Assembly: GCA_964016885.1 (NCBI GenBank)
Contig: OZ024760.1
Span: 29,202,001 to 29,266,000 of the forward strand
Direction: 5' to 3'
Length of the DNA: 64,000 nt
Source of the DNA: Eledone cirrhosa
Taxonomy: Eukaryota
Below the pieces are notes generated by a model, which had not been told where the DNA came from, ran no database searches, and saw only the letters and a list, made by a program, of their open reading frames with translations. The position numbers and the translations under genes are program-made. Shown in pieces: positions 26,564-41,137 of the stretch. How positions within the stretch are numbered: position 1 is the stretch's first letter; every line of letters starts with the position of its first letter.

Positions 26564-27599
26564 GTTATTTTGGTATCACTTCTGTTTTTAGCCTAAGAAA
26601 ATATCTATATGCATGTGTAATTAATACACGCATACATTTATTTTTTAAAGAGTTCTTAACACGTTGGATTGATAATGTTTTTGAAAAAACTAATTAACCC
26701 GAGTGTATATTATTTTTTTCTTTTCTCGTGTATCGTGGTTGTATCCCTTTCCTGCTTCGTGACGCTATGAAACTTCCTCAGTCAAAAGACTGCTGGAATT
26801 TCAAATTTGGCGGTCATTCGATGCGTGAAGGAGCAGCTTAGCAGACACGATTTTTAACTGCGGTAAGAATTTTTTTCTTATATCAAAGTTTAATGGGCTT
26901 CCACTGAAGATTTATAAGTGCCCACCTAAATATATTCTTACATGAATATATGTTAGGCTTCTACATAAACTGGAAACATTCTCCCAATTTGTAGAAAACT
27001 TATAATGAAACAATTGTTTGGAAAGAGAGATATATTTTAACTTTAATTATATCTCATAAAATAATACAACTGGCTTTCTACAAAATACATATAGTTAGCA
27101 CCCCAAACACTTAAATTGGGTTATAATAACATATAACCTAATGTTTGTTGAGTGAGATGGTTACCAGTCGGAGTTTAGCGTTAAGCTATCTCTGTTATTG
27201 TATTAAATATATATATATATTATATATATTTCGTTTCTAAATTTGTTTAGCAAGATTCTTTATCTGAAAACGTGTGTTGAAACCGATATTGTTATACTTT
27301 GGGAGGGTCATGTTCCCAATAAGAAACACACACACCAGTTGCTTTCACTTCAATTTATTATAAATTAAGGAATTTATAAATTTCCGGTTGGTTGGTTGGT
27401 TCCACAACCAGACAATTGTTCATATATTATCAAAGTTCTTTCGTCACACATTCTGTGACCTCTTCAGTGACTGGGGATTCTTTTCTTTGTTTTTGTGCCT
27501 CTCCTTTGTTCTGTCGTACGCCATCTTGTTTTTGTGTGTCACAACAAAAACAAGATGGCGTAGGACAGAGCAAAATGAGCCTGGTGGTAAGGGATAAAT

Positions 27600-27995
27600 A
27601 TATGGAGGCACATGGCTTAGTGGTTAGAGCATTGGGCTTGCAATCAAAAGGTTGTGAGTTCAATTCTCAGACCAGGTGATGTGTTGTTTCCTTGAGCAAA
27701 ACACTTTATTTCACATTGTGCCAGTTTACTCAGCTGTAGAAATGAGATGATAGGGACTGGGGTCCCTATCATTCCACTGTAAAGTGGTCGTGGAGGTTCC
27801 ACGGCAAAAAAGCACCCAGCACTCACTGTAAATGAGGTTGGTGTTAGGAAGGGCATCCAGCTGTAGAAATCAAGCCAGAATCAGTTCCCGTATGAGCAAG
27901 ACAAGGTCAGCCGACTGGACACTGCCCACAACAGGACAACCCATCTAACCCATGCTAGTGTGGAAGAACGGATGTAAAATGGTGATGATGATGAG
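27600..27995 (+). mobile_element. tRNA-derived SINE family B head fused to a (GAT)n-tailed repeat; related pieces at about 2821-3215, 8143-8420, 14500-14728, 25887-26100, 30005-30140, 30628-30830, 48055-48300, 50038-50580, 63005-63265
   Basis: TGGCTTAGTGGTTAG A box, GAGTTCAATTC B box, ccttgagcaagacactt core, ggtgttaggaagggcatccagctgtagaaa body. Confidence 0.75.
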
Positions 27996-30900
27996 CAAGG
28001 ACAGACATCGGAGGAGAGCATTATAAGGATTGCCAGTATCGCTAGAGGGTCGGACGCCATGCTTTGCAGCATAGTTATGTCCCTTTACGGTCTGAGTTCA
28101 AATCCCACCGAGGTTAACTTTGCCTTTCGTCCTTACGGGGGTCAATAAAATAAAGTACCAGTAATGTACTGGGGTAATTGTTGGCCTTGTGCTAAATGTA
28201 GAAACAATTATTCTACGTAATGTGGCCCTAGCTAGAACTTCGTTAGCTTATAGGTAAGTTGAGAAACTTCTCTCAGACACAGGATTAATTATCCTACAGA
28301 AGTGGAAGTTCAGTAATTAAACTAGATTTAGTTAATGTGAAGGAAGGAAAGAAAAGGATTTGTTTGTGGTTTGGGGTACAAGTTGTTTATCAAGGAAGAA
28401 AAATAAGAATTTACTGTACTGCAGGTGATAAATGGCCTGTGATCAAAAGATCAGGCTTTTGTTTTCTCTTTCTCTCTAACCAATAGCCACATTTATTCTT
28501 CATACCAAACTTCTTAATTATCTGAAGAAGTCCTCCTGTTTCAATTTGAGAATTTGAAGGACCAAGCACTTTACAGATTCTGACAAGCTGGTTGGTGCTC
28601 TGTTACAGGGCTCCTTTGATGTGCAAAGAATGCAGACTCTGCCACAATAGTGCACACTAACAAGGGAATGGACAAAAGAGAGAATAGACAATATTGTGTT
28701 GTGGGACATTGCCGTCAGCCTGACTACAAACAGAAATGTGGTAGCTGTAGAATGACATACATTTCTGTGTTAAATTAATAATATTTAATTAGTTGAGGAA
28801 TGTCAGTCGACTAATTAAAAGCTCATAGAATTTAATTAGCTCAGCTAGAATTCTTCTAATTTAGATCTTTGTATCTCCCTGTTTCTTCAACATGTAAGAT
28901 GTTAGGACATGTTGCTCCAGGGAAATTATTAGATTATGTAACGCCAATCTTACAGACTACTAATAATAGACATAACATGTAGACACCCGCTCTCTTCCCC
29001 TCTCTATCATTTCTTTCTTTCTATTTCTTTCCTCCCTTTTTCTCTCTCTCTTCCTCTATCTCTCTCACCCTCTCTCTTTCCTCTTTCTCTTTCCTTTCCC
29101 CTCTTTCTCTCTCTTTCCCTCTCTCTCTCCTCTTTCTCTTTCCTTTCTCTCTTTCCCTCTCTCTCTCCTCTTTCTCTTTCCTTTCTCTCTTTCCTCTCTC
29201 TCTCTCTCTTTCTCTCACTCTCCCTCTCTGTCTCCCTCTCCCTCTCTGTCTCCCTCTCCGTCTCCCTCTCCAGCTTGTAAAGTTAATAGATTTAACAGGT
29301 CAACATATTCTCCCTCTCTCCTCCCCTCTCTGTTTCCTCTCCCTATTCTCCCCGCCCCTCTCTCTTTCTTAACTTATAGATGACACCTTGTAAGACTGAT
29401 TTAACAGACCAACACCCTCTCTCTCTTCCTTGTTTACTCCCCCACCCCTATCAGATAGGGTGTAGTAAAATACCAGCTGGACCCTAACCCAGTTCAGATC
29501 TAGCTGTCGAAACAGCCGGAGCTCAGCTGTCGGGGCCCTGACTCTTTTTATATTACCCACTCTACTACCCCAAGTATTGAGTACTCTGGTAGGTCTACCT
29601 GGTTTTTACCACACCCTCTTTGTTTTATATATCATCATCATCATCACCATATATATATATATATATATGGTGCCCCAGCATGGCCTCAGCCGGATGGCTG
29701 GAACAGGTAAAAGAGTGAAAGATTATCATCATCATCATCATTTTACGTCCGCTTTTCCCTGCTTGCAAGGGTTGGACTATATATATAATAGTAGAACACT
29801 GGAGGGTTATATCTGTAGTGGTAGGGCACTCAGTCCATGGGACGAGCTTGGTAGAAGTAGTAACACAACAGTTAGTTCACCATACTGAGAACAATTGTTT
29901 CACCTTAGACGGATCATCAGCAGACCAAGCTGAGAATCTGCATAAGGTGACACACTTGTTCTCGGTATGGTGAACTAACTCTTGTGGAACTACTTCTATA
30001 TATATTATCATCATCATCATCATCTTCCAAGCTAGCATGGCTTTAGACAGGGGTCCCACTTGAGGCAAGATTGATCGTCTCGCTCGTATAGGACTGTCTG
30101 GCAGGTTTTCTACGGCTGGATGCCCTTCCTAACACCAACCTATATATATATATATATAATATCAATAATATTAATAAATGGAAAATATTTTTATAAAACC
30201 ATATTTATTTTATTAAACATATTTGAAGGGTACCAATATTTTAGTACGCTTTCGTCAGATAAAATACAGTATTTGGTTTAAAGATAGTGACATATCCCCA
30301 TATGGTTTTATAAAGATATTTACCATTTATTGTGGATTGGCAGTATCGGTAGAGTGTCGGACGCCATGCTTTCCAGCATAGTTACGTCCCTTTACGATCT
30401 GAGTTCAAATCCCGCCGAGGTTGACTTTGCCTTTCATCCTTACGGGGTCGATAAAATAAAGTACCAGTAATGCACTGGGTAATTGCTGGCCTTGTGCCTA
30501 AAGTAGAAACAATTAATATTATCGATATTAATTATACTCCAGAAAACTTGTTGAGTGCTTCTAAACTGTTATAAATCAACAAGACAAATAACTCATTGTT
30601 TATATATTAATCTATCTATGCATTTATGAAGGCATGTGGCTGAGTGGTTAGAGAATTAGATTCGTAATCGTGAGGTTGTGAGTTCGATTCCTGGCCTAGG
30701 CGATGCGTTATGTCCTTGAGCAAGACACTTTATTTCATGTTGCTCCTTCTACCTGGAGTTGTGACAAGTAGATAGTATTAGCAACTGGAAAGACCAATGG
30801 AAACATTGTTTCCTCGGTCTGATTTGACGAGCTCCAACCTCACTCGTTAAGGGAATGATGTTTGGGATCTTGTCGATTAATTTATTGTTATTTATCTATC

Positions 30901-31184
30901 TTTCTGTCTCTTTATTGATTTATATATCACCATCTCTCTCTCTTTCACCATCTCTCTCTCTCTCTTTCACCATCTTTCTCTCTCTCTTTCACCATCTTTC
31001 TCTCTCTCTCTATATATATATATATCTATCTCTCTAATATATATGGTGAAGACATAACTGTTTCTTATAGCACCTACTTGACTATTTGGTTTTTGTGCTG
31101 AAGGCATCCCCACCCACATAAGGAGCCCCCCCCCCACACACACACACATGCACACACATATGGGCACCATGTCACATCATAGTA

Positions 31185-31810
31185 ATTACACTACACTGTA
31201 GCCTATACTGTAATAGCTGTGATCACTTCTGTTTAGTACACCACACTGTAGCCTATACTGTAATAGCTGTGGTTACTTCTGTTTAGTACACTACACTGTA
31301 GCCTTTACTGTAATAGCTGTGGCCACTTCTGTTTAGTACACTACACTGTAGCCTATACTGTAATAGCTGTGGTCACTACTGTTTAGTACACTACACTGTA
31401 GCCTATACTGTAATAGCTGTGATCACTTCTGTTTAGTACACTACACTGTAGCCTATACTATAATAGCTGTGATCACTTCTGTTTAGTACACTACACTGTA
31501 GCCTATACTGTAATAACTGTGATCACTTCTCTTTAGTACATTACACTGTAGCCTATACTGTAATAGTTGTGATCACTTCTGTTTAGTAGACTGCGCTGTA
31601 GCCTATACTGTAATAGCTACAGTCACTCCTCTTTAGTACACTACACTGTAGCCTATACTGTAGTAATTACAGTCATTCCTGTTTAGTACACTGCGCTGTA
31701 GCCTATACTGTAATAACTACAGTCACTCCTGTGAAGTACACTGTACTGTAGCCTATACTGTAATAACTACAGTCACTCCTGTTTAGTACACTGCGCTGTA
31801 GCCTATACTA
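31185..31810. repeat. 50-bp minisatellite
   Basis: tacactacactgtagcctatactgtaatagctgtgatcacttctgtttag units. Confidence 0.95.
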
Positions 31811-32645
31811 TATAGTCAGTAGTAACTAGTTGTTTTGTCTGTATTATTGCACTCATACAAATAAATATAGAGAGACATTCTATTGGTCAAATACTTGAAA
31901 CTGTTTATATCTAACTATGGTATTATATTTAAATACATATTTAATAATGATTTAAATACGTTTTAAAGATTAATTCTTTTAAAGTTGTAACAAAATATTT
32001 ATAGAATATCTTACCTTAAAATTAAAAATTATAATAATCTATAATGAGTTAAATTAAATTATATAAATTTATAATTAAATAAAATATATGATTGCTATAG
32101 AAAGTAATCTATACTGAGTAATCTTGATATATATAAGTATAATTAGCTAAAACAATCAAATACAAGAGATTTTCAATTGTTCATGTGAATAGATTTGATG
32201 TCTTATTTGATCTAACATTTGAAAACAAAGGTTTTTATTCTCCTCTATTTGGTGTTTCTTTATTTTTCTTTGCCCCCCTTTGTTCCCTTTTACTCCCCCC
32301 ACACCTTCCCTCTCTCTTTTGTTGTTATTCCTCTTTTATTTTTATATATCTTTTTTCTTCTTTTATTCATTCATCCATATATTTTTTTTATTCATTTATC
32401 TATTTATTTATTTCTTGCCTTTCCTCTGCTTTACACCTCCTCTTATGTCTCTAATTTGCTCTACGTCCTTTTCTTCTTTAAGTTTATCATATTATTTGTG
32501 GTATAAAAACGTTGAGATTTGATGAAATAAATCACTGCCAATACTGGAATTGAATAATCAAGACCGTAGCAGTATGTCAAATATCAAATCAAATATTTTG
32601 TCTGATGAGGACATACTGAAAAAACAGCACAGTACCTTTGAAATA

Positions 32646-33260
32646 TCTATATATATAAAACTGAGGATGTCTGTCTGTGTGTGTGTGAGTTTGAATCCCT
32701 AAAACTCGAGAACCACCCAACCGACTGTTTTAAAACTTTACACATGTAATACTTATGTTTCAGGGAGTGTTATGCACATAAAAAATTCAACATTTTTTTT
32801 TATCTCCTAGGGCCCGCATTAGGTGAAAAACTGCGTTGTTTAACATTTTTAGTAGTTTTTTGAGGCGTTACGTCAGACTGATTTCCTTGAAATTGTAGCT
32901 ATGTATTAGTCAGTCTCTTCTTCATACCGTAAGCAAAGAAAATCCAACTTTCTTATGGCCTAGGGCTCGCATTAGCTGAAAAACTTCATTTTTTCAGCTT
33001 CTTAGGGCTTTTTGGAGGCGTTACGTCTAGCCAATTTTCCCGCACATAAAAAAAATTCACTTTCTTCATCCTCTAGGGCCCACATTAGGTGAAAACCTGC
33101 ATTTTTCCTGCTTCATCGAGGAAAATCTTAAAGATTATCCAGCCATCAGAGTATTCGGTTTATTTTCTTTACATATTGTCCAGACATTTAGTTTTTAGGT
33201 CTATTGGCGGCCCGCGTTCCAAAATACCTTATCCCGTGCAACGCCGGGTACCACTGCTAG
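32646..33260 (+). mobile_element. Non-autonomous Helitron
   Basis: Starts TCTATATATATAAAA after A, ends with hairpin CCCGtgcaacgcCGGG then CTAG before T; no TSD; flanks rejoin into a hammerhead motif. Confidence 0.8.
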
Positions 33261-33440
33261 TTTATAATAAAGTATATATTTTGATTATGCAAATATTTTT
33301 CATTTGTTAACATTTTGAATAATATATATATATAACGAAGGAAATGTGGTAAGGAACCAGATGGACCATAACGCACCAAAGTACTCAAAACTTAGGGTAG
33401 TAGAGTGGGTAATAGCTCAGCCGTCGGAGTCCTACTCGTT

Positions 33441-33509
<69 letters not shown>

Positions 33510-34118
33510 GTTGAGATTTGATGAAATAAATATATATAAGGTTCCTATTTAGAATAAAATCTTCCAACATAGTTTTATATGAGAACCATATGTTAAGTTG
33601 ATATCTTAGACATGAAATAATTAAAAGTTTTAATAAATCCTCCTAAAATTCTTCATTAAATCATAGAAATAGAAGATATTTCATTAGATTATCAGGAAAT
33701 GATTAAAGGTATATTTAGATAGCAGAAATTGCTGTCTTATGGAAATGCCTGTCACATATTTACAACAGAAATTGGTTTTCTTTGAATTAATAGTTCTGAC
33801 AGTTCCACAGTAAAATATTTAAGTTTGGAATATTCCTGTATCACCATTCACTGTTATATTGTATTGTCTTCCACAGCATTCCAGTTCACTACGTGTAATT
33901 CTATATGTTTGTGTGTATATATATATATATATATGCCTAACCCATGCTAGCGTGGAAAGTGGACATTAAACGAGGATGATGATGATGATGTGCGTGTATA
34001 TATATGTTTGTGTGTGTGTTATATATATATATGTTTGTGTATGTGTTATATATATGTATGTTTGTGTATATATATATGTATATGTTTGTGTATATATATA
34101 TATATGTGTATGTGTATG

Positions 34119-34164
<46 letters not shown>

Positions 34165-34334
34165 TATATAAATGTATTTTGATGTTTGTATTGATGTATA
34201 TATGTTTAAATGTATGTCAAAATGCATTTATGTATATGTATATATATATATGTGTGTGTGTTATATATATATATGTTTGTGTATATATATATATGTTTGT
34301 GTATATATATATATGTGTATGTGTGTATATATAC

Positions 34335-34365
<31 letters not shown>

Positions 34366-34794
34366 TATATAAATGTATTTTGATGTTTGTATTGATGTAC
34401 ATATGTTTAAATGTATGTCAAAATGCATTTATGTATATGTATATATATATATATGTGTGTATTCAAATATATTTGTATGTAAACATATATACATATGCAT
34501 GTGTATATATATATATATACACACAATCCCACATGTATATATTACATGTGTTTATACGTTCAACACCAAGACACAAACCGGTATCACTAAATTAGTAACT
34601 AGATATTTTTCAGTAAATATATAACAGCAACTGTTTTCTACATACATATATTCATGTGTGTATATATATCTGTGTGTATATTTGTGTATGTGTGTATATA
34701 CACATCTGTGCATGTTTCACTACAAATGTGGGTGTCACTGTTTTAGTTTTCCTTTTTCATGTTTCATGTTCCAACAAACCATTTAATGTCAGTG

Positions 34795-34827
<33 letters not shown>

Positions 34828-35595
34828 GTATATGTATGTATATATATATATATATGTATTTGTGTGTGTGTATATATGTATGTATTTATGTATGAATAGG
34901 TATATATATATATGTATATATCTATATATGTATGTATATATATATATATATCTATATATATATATATACGTGTGTGTATGTATATATATATAAATGTGTG
35001 TATGTGTATATATATATATACATGTGTATGTATGTATATATATATATATATATATACATGTGTATGTATGTATATATATATGTATATATATATATATATA
35101 TACATGTGTATGTATGTATATATATATATATATGTGTGTATGTATGTATATATATATGTATATATATATATATATATATGTGTGTATGTATGTATATATA
35201 TATGTATATATATATATATATATATGTGTGTATGTATGTATATATATATGTATATATATATATATATATATACATGTGTATGTATGTATATATATATATA
35301 TATATATGTGTGTATGTATATATATATGTATGTATATATATATGTGTATGTATGTATATATATATGTATGTGTATATATATATATGTATGTATATATATA
35401 TGTGTATGTGTATGTATATATATGTATATATATGTATATTTATATATATATATATGTATGTATATATATATGTATGTATGTAAATATGTATGTATATATG
35501 TATGTATGTAAATATGTATGTATATATGTATGTATGTAAATATGTATGTATATATATATATGTGTATATATGTATGTATATATATGTATATTTAT

Positions 35596-35633
<38 letters not shown>

Positions 35634-36025
35634 GTATGTATGTAAATATGTATGTATATATATATATGTGTATATATATGTATGTATATATATATATTTA
35701 TAGGTATGTATATATATATATATATCTCTATATATATATACATATGTATGTATGTATATATCTATATATACATGTATGTATATATCTATATACAATCATT
35801 TCTCTATAGCAAACAATGAGAAATTTATAGTAATAAGTGGGTAACCAGATTTTTTCAGTAGCTGTGCATTAAGAGTTGTTTAGAATGTTATATTCCTATA
35901 ATCCTGTATTCCACTGGAATTATCAATTATGAACTCTCATACTAGCTCTCTTTCAAAGTCCCTTTTCTATGGGCTGTTATAACCTAATGTATATCTCTTT
36001 CTCAAACACAAAAAGCCCTTTTGTT

Positions 36026-36064
<39 letters not shown>

Positions 36065-36773
36065 ATATGTGTGTCTGTGTGTGTATCCATATATATATAT
36101 ATGTATGTATGTATATATGTGTGTCTGTGTGTGTATACATATATATATGTGTGTGTCTGTGTGTCTGTTTTTGTCTGTGTGTGTATACATATATATATGT
36201 ATGTATGTATATATGTGTGTCTGTGTGTGTATACATATATATATGTGTGTGTCTGTGTGTGTGTTTTTGTCTGTGTGTGTATACATATATATATATATGT
36301 GTGTCTGCGTGTGTGTTTTTGTCTGTGTGTGTATACATATATATATGTATGTATCTATATATGTGTGTCTGTGTGTGTATACATATATATATATGTGTGA
36401 CTGTGTGTGTGTTTTTGTCTGTGTGTGTATATATATATATATGTGTGTCTGCGTGTGTGTTTTTGTCTGTGTGTGTATACATATATATATGTATGTATAT
36501 ATGTGTGTCTGTGTGTGTATACATATATATATATATATGTGTCTGTGTGTGTGTGTTTTTGTCTGTGTGTGTATACATATATATATATACATATATATAT
36601 ATATATCAAGGAAATGACAAACAGAGGTATAAAAAGTTTTATTAGTTTCACACTTTATATGAAAAAGGGGGAAAGAAAGTTTGATGTGTCAGACTTTAGT
36701 CCTTCTTCAGAAGTACAGAAAATGAAAGGTGGTCCAAATAAAAAAACCAAAATATACAGAGTAAATAAGTTTC

Positions 36774-36822
<49 letters not shown>

Positions 36823-36844
36823 TCATCATCGTCGTAGTTTAACA

Positions 36845-36907
<63 letters not shown>

Positions 36908-36908
<1 letters not shown>

Positions 36909-37158
36909 ATAGTATCAGTAATGGAAAGACCAATGGAAACATTGTTTTCTTGGTCAGATCTGACAATCTACAGATAGTATCAGTAATGGAAAGACCAATG
37001 GAAACATTGTCTCCTTGGTCAGATCTGACAATCTACAGATAGTATCAGTAATGGAAAGACCAATGGAAACATTGTTTCCTTGGTCAGATCTGACAATCTA
37101 CAGATAGTATCAGTAATGGAAAGACCAAGGAAACATTGTTTCCTTGGTCTGATCTGAT
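36908..37158. repeat. 65-bp tandem repeat derived from a SINE 3' part
   Basis: Unit matches 30770-30825 and 50155-50212. Confidence 0.85.
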
Positions 37159-37441
37159 AATTGCTTCCTTTCCTTTCCCTTTATTAGAAATGAAATCTTT
37201 GTTGTTAAAATCCTAAAATCATTTTCTCCCCAATTGTTTTAAGTACTTTAAAGATACTTGTTGCTAGATTTATGCCAATGAGTTAAAGATCTTTTGTTCA
37301 ATATTTTGCCATTCAAAATGTTTTATATTATTGATGAATAAATATTTTTTTGTCATATTAAGTCTAAGTCATTTCAAGATGTATTTTTTCTACAAGTCAT
37401 CTTAACAAGTTATTGTTTTATTTTGATGATTTATCATTGAT

Positions 37442-37506
<65 letters not shown>

Positions 37507-37998
37507 TATATATATATAATTATATATATATATATGTAATGTATATATGTTTTTATATTAAGTTGTTATATATATGTATATACGTGTGTATATATATATA
37601 TATTGTATATGTATTTTTATAGTAAGTTGTTATATATATTTATATATATATATGTATATATATATATGTTCTTATATTAAGTTGTATTATATATATGTGT
37701 GTGTTATACTAATTTGTTTAGATTAGATTCAAACATGTTTTTTCAATCTAATATATACATGTATATTTGAATGTTTTTTTCATCTTTAGATTAAATGTAA
37801 TTTTGTAGATTTTATGTTTGTTTGATTCTTTAATAAATATCTCGTTATTGAAATATGTTCGTCAATACTAACGAAATATGTTCAACAATTCTAGCCTCTC
37901 TATTATTTAAGATTTTCCAATTATCTCTCACTCTGAATATTATCTCTTTATGGTTTGATACCCAAATATATATATGTGTGTGAGTGTGTGTATATATA

Positions 37999-39304
37999 CA
38001 GGGTGTGAACAATATTTATTCGCAATATTACTGTCTAGGAAAAAATAACACAGTAGTTTTACTTTTTAAGATATATTTATCAAACTTGGTCAGTTTGTCT
38101 TCATGACTTGTTCTTTCGATCTCACTCTATAAACCCGCCATTGGCTTCGATGACGGCCTCAAGGTGGCCTCGGAATGGGCTACAGGCCTTCCTCACTGTC
38201 CCCCGACTTAGGCCCCTAAATGCACTTGTGATCCTGGCCTTCAGATCGTATTTCGTATTGCAGCTAGATCTGTTGGTGTCTCGTTCATATGCGCCCCACA
38301 CAAAGAAGTCGAGGGGGTTGCCGTCAGGCGAGCTGGGAGGCCAGATGTCAGGTGAAGTGTTGTCGACGAAGTTCTCTGACAGCCAGGCTTGTGTCTTTCG
38401 GCTGGTATGGCAGGGCGCTGAGTCTTGCTGCCAAACGTACGGCCTACCTACAGATACCTCGTCGATCCAGGGCTTTACTACCTCGCTCAGAACACGGATG
38501 TAGCCATCGGTGTTCAGCTTGAGGCCCTCAGGGAAGAAGTGAGGTGGCATGGCGTCACCTTGACTGCTGACGACACCTAAGACCAATGTTGTCGCTGGAA
38601 ATTTTGTCTGCCTGACTCTGGGCACGTCTTTGGATGAGACAGCAAGCCACCTGTTGTTCTGGGAGTTGATCTTCTGGTCTTGGCAGAAGTTTTTCTCGTC
38701 GGAGAAAAACCACAGCTTGTCTGGCTCCAGTGGGTGTTTCAACTTGTTGATCAGCTCCTTTGCGTGCTTCAGTCGCTTTTCTTGCATCGCCTTTGACAGA
38801 AATTGTACTTTCCTCATCTGGTATGAAACGTAACGAATGTCTTCATGTACCACCAGCCTAATGAGCTTTTCATCCACGCCTTTCTCCCTTGCAATGGCAC
38901 GCATCGACTTGCTAGGTTCATTGTTGATGATATCCTGAACTTCAGCGACGAACTCGAGCGTTCTGAAGGCGTCAGATCATCGATTATGTGTTTTCCTCTC
39001 TCATGTTGCTTCGTAGCCGAATCCTGAATCTTCTAATTCCTTTCTGACCTTTTCCACCATTCTCCTGCTGACGCTGAGAAAGTCTGAAATTTCCTTATTT
39101 TTCCTCCTGGCGCGGATTCCAAGAAGAACTCCGTGTCTCTTCCACAAATTTGGAGGTTCAAAATTATTCTTAATCAATTATTCTGAAAATAAATAATGGA
39201 AATATAGTCACTGTTTTTATGAAGACAAGAGTGACAACGGAAGTAAAAAACATTTGCATAAAATTAACAGTTGAAAATTGTGAACAAATATCGTTCACAC
39301 CCTG
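37999..39304 (-). mobile_element. Full-length Tc1/mariner superfamily transposon, DD37D (maT) family
   Basis: TIRs CAGGGTGTGAAC(A/G)ATATTT(A/G)TTC at both ends, TA on both flanks inside a TA/TG microsatellite; transposase with FSDEK, QQDSAPCH, WPPSSPDxNPLD and 37 residues between the 2nd and 3rd Asp. Confidence 0.93.
38122..39170 (-). pseudogene. maT/DD37D transposase with two in-frame TGA stops in the N-terminal DNA-binding region; 38122-38904 open
   Basis: Frame continues upstream of 38904 as NFEPPNLWKRHGVLLGIRA...GYEAT*ERKTHNR*SDAFRT...MRAIAREKGV. Confidence 0.85.
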
Positions 39305-39625
39305 TATATATATATGTGTGTGGGTGTGGATGTGTGTGTATGTATATGTGTGTCTGTGGGTGTATATATATATGTGTCTGTGGGTGTATATATATATATG
39401 TGTGGGTGTGTGTGTATATATATATATATATATATGTGTGTGTGGGTGTGTGTGTATATATATATATGTGAGTGTCTGTGGGTGTATATATATATATATG
39501 TGTGAGTGTCTGTCTGTATATATATATGTGTGTGTGAGAGTGTCTGGGTGTATACATACATATATATATATCTGTGTCTGTGGATATATATATATGTGTG
39601 TGGCTGTGTGTGTATATATATATAC

Positions 39626-39675
<50 letters not shown>

Positions 39676-39776
39676 ATGTATGTATAAATGTATCTATACA
39701 CACATATATATATACACACCCACACACACATATATATATACACACACCGACACTCACATATATATACACACACATA

Positions 39777-39811
<35 letters not shown>

Positions 39812-40163
39812 CCAGACACCCCCCACACACACATATATATGTATATACACACACACACACACCCACACACCCACAAACACACACCCACACACACACATAT
39901 ATATATATATACCCACACACCCACACACACAGACGCATATATATACACACACCCACACACACACACATATATATATACACACCCACAGACACACACATAT
40001 ATATATAATGTAGATATTCTAATTAGCCCCCACCATACAATATTACAGACTTAGTTAATATGTTTACTAATGTTTTATTCATTTATTCAAATGGTTTCTT
40101 CCTTTCAGATATTTTCATGTCTGTAACAGAGTTATATAGAAGCAGCCCTTGTTGTTGTTACAG

Positions 40164-40227
<64 letters not shown>

Positions 40228-40295
40228 TTATCGTCTTAATGTTTACTTTCCCTGCTAGCAAGGGGATGACATATATGTATGATTATATATATTTG

Positions 40296-40354
<59 letters not shown>

Positions 40355-40486
40355 TATGTATATATGTATAATATATATATATATATGTGTGTGTATATAT
40401 ATATATATATATATGTAATATATGTATATATGTATAATATATGTGTATATATATATATGTATACTGTATATATTATATATGTATAT

Positions 40487-40605
<119 letters not shown>

Positions 40606-40709
40606 TAATTAAACTATTTTTCACTGGTAACAATTTGTCAGCATTTTCTTTTCCGTTTACCAATAAATATTTATATATATGTATATAGTATATATTATAT
40701 ATGTATATA

Positions 40710-40752
<43 letters not shown>

Positions 40753-41054
40753 GTATATATATGTATATTGTATATATATGTATGGTGATATACATATATA
40801 TATACTGAGTTAGAAACTCACAGTAGTCTCTGACAATTAAATTGCTCTAAGAAAAAAACTTTTCCGAGCCGTGTAATATACTTGAATAAACAAGAGAGAT
40901 GAACACTAATATAAACATACATGTGTTTGAATCGTAAGGACTACGTTTGCTAGGGTGAAAAAATACTAACTACAGCAATATGGTTTGCCAGACTTAATTT
41001 AAAGTAGTAAATTAAGAAAGGTAATAACAAACCTATATTGGGCAACTGCCTGAA

Positions 41055-41137
41055 AACACCTAGACAGTTATGGAAACTGTTTCGCAAAATCATATTAAGC
41101 GAAGTCATCACCATTTCTCTGCTCATCAGTAGGTGTT
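41055..41137 (-). ncRNA. Canonical type I hammerhead ribozyme motif, GUC cleavage site
   Basis: Reverse complement: aacaccta CTGATGA gcagag...ttttgc GAAA CAGTT-tccat-AACTG TC^ taggtgtt; perfect 8-bp stem I, full stem III. Confidence 0.88.

Noticed and set aside
27600-27680. tRNA genes at A/B-box sequences (also 8143, 30628, 50038)
   Set aside because: No complete cloverleaf; they continue into SINE bodies.
36675-36715. Minus-strand CTGAAGAAGGAC..GTCTGACAC hammerhead-like remnant
   Set aside because: GAAA and cleavage site are mutated and stem I is not convincing.
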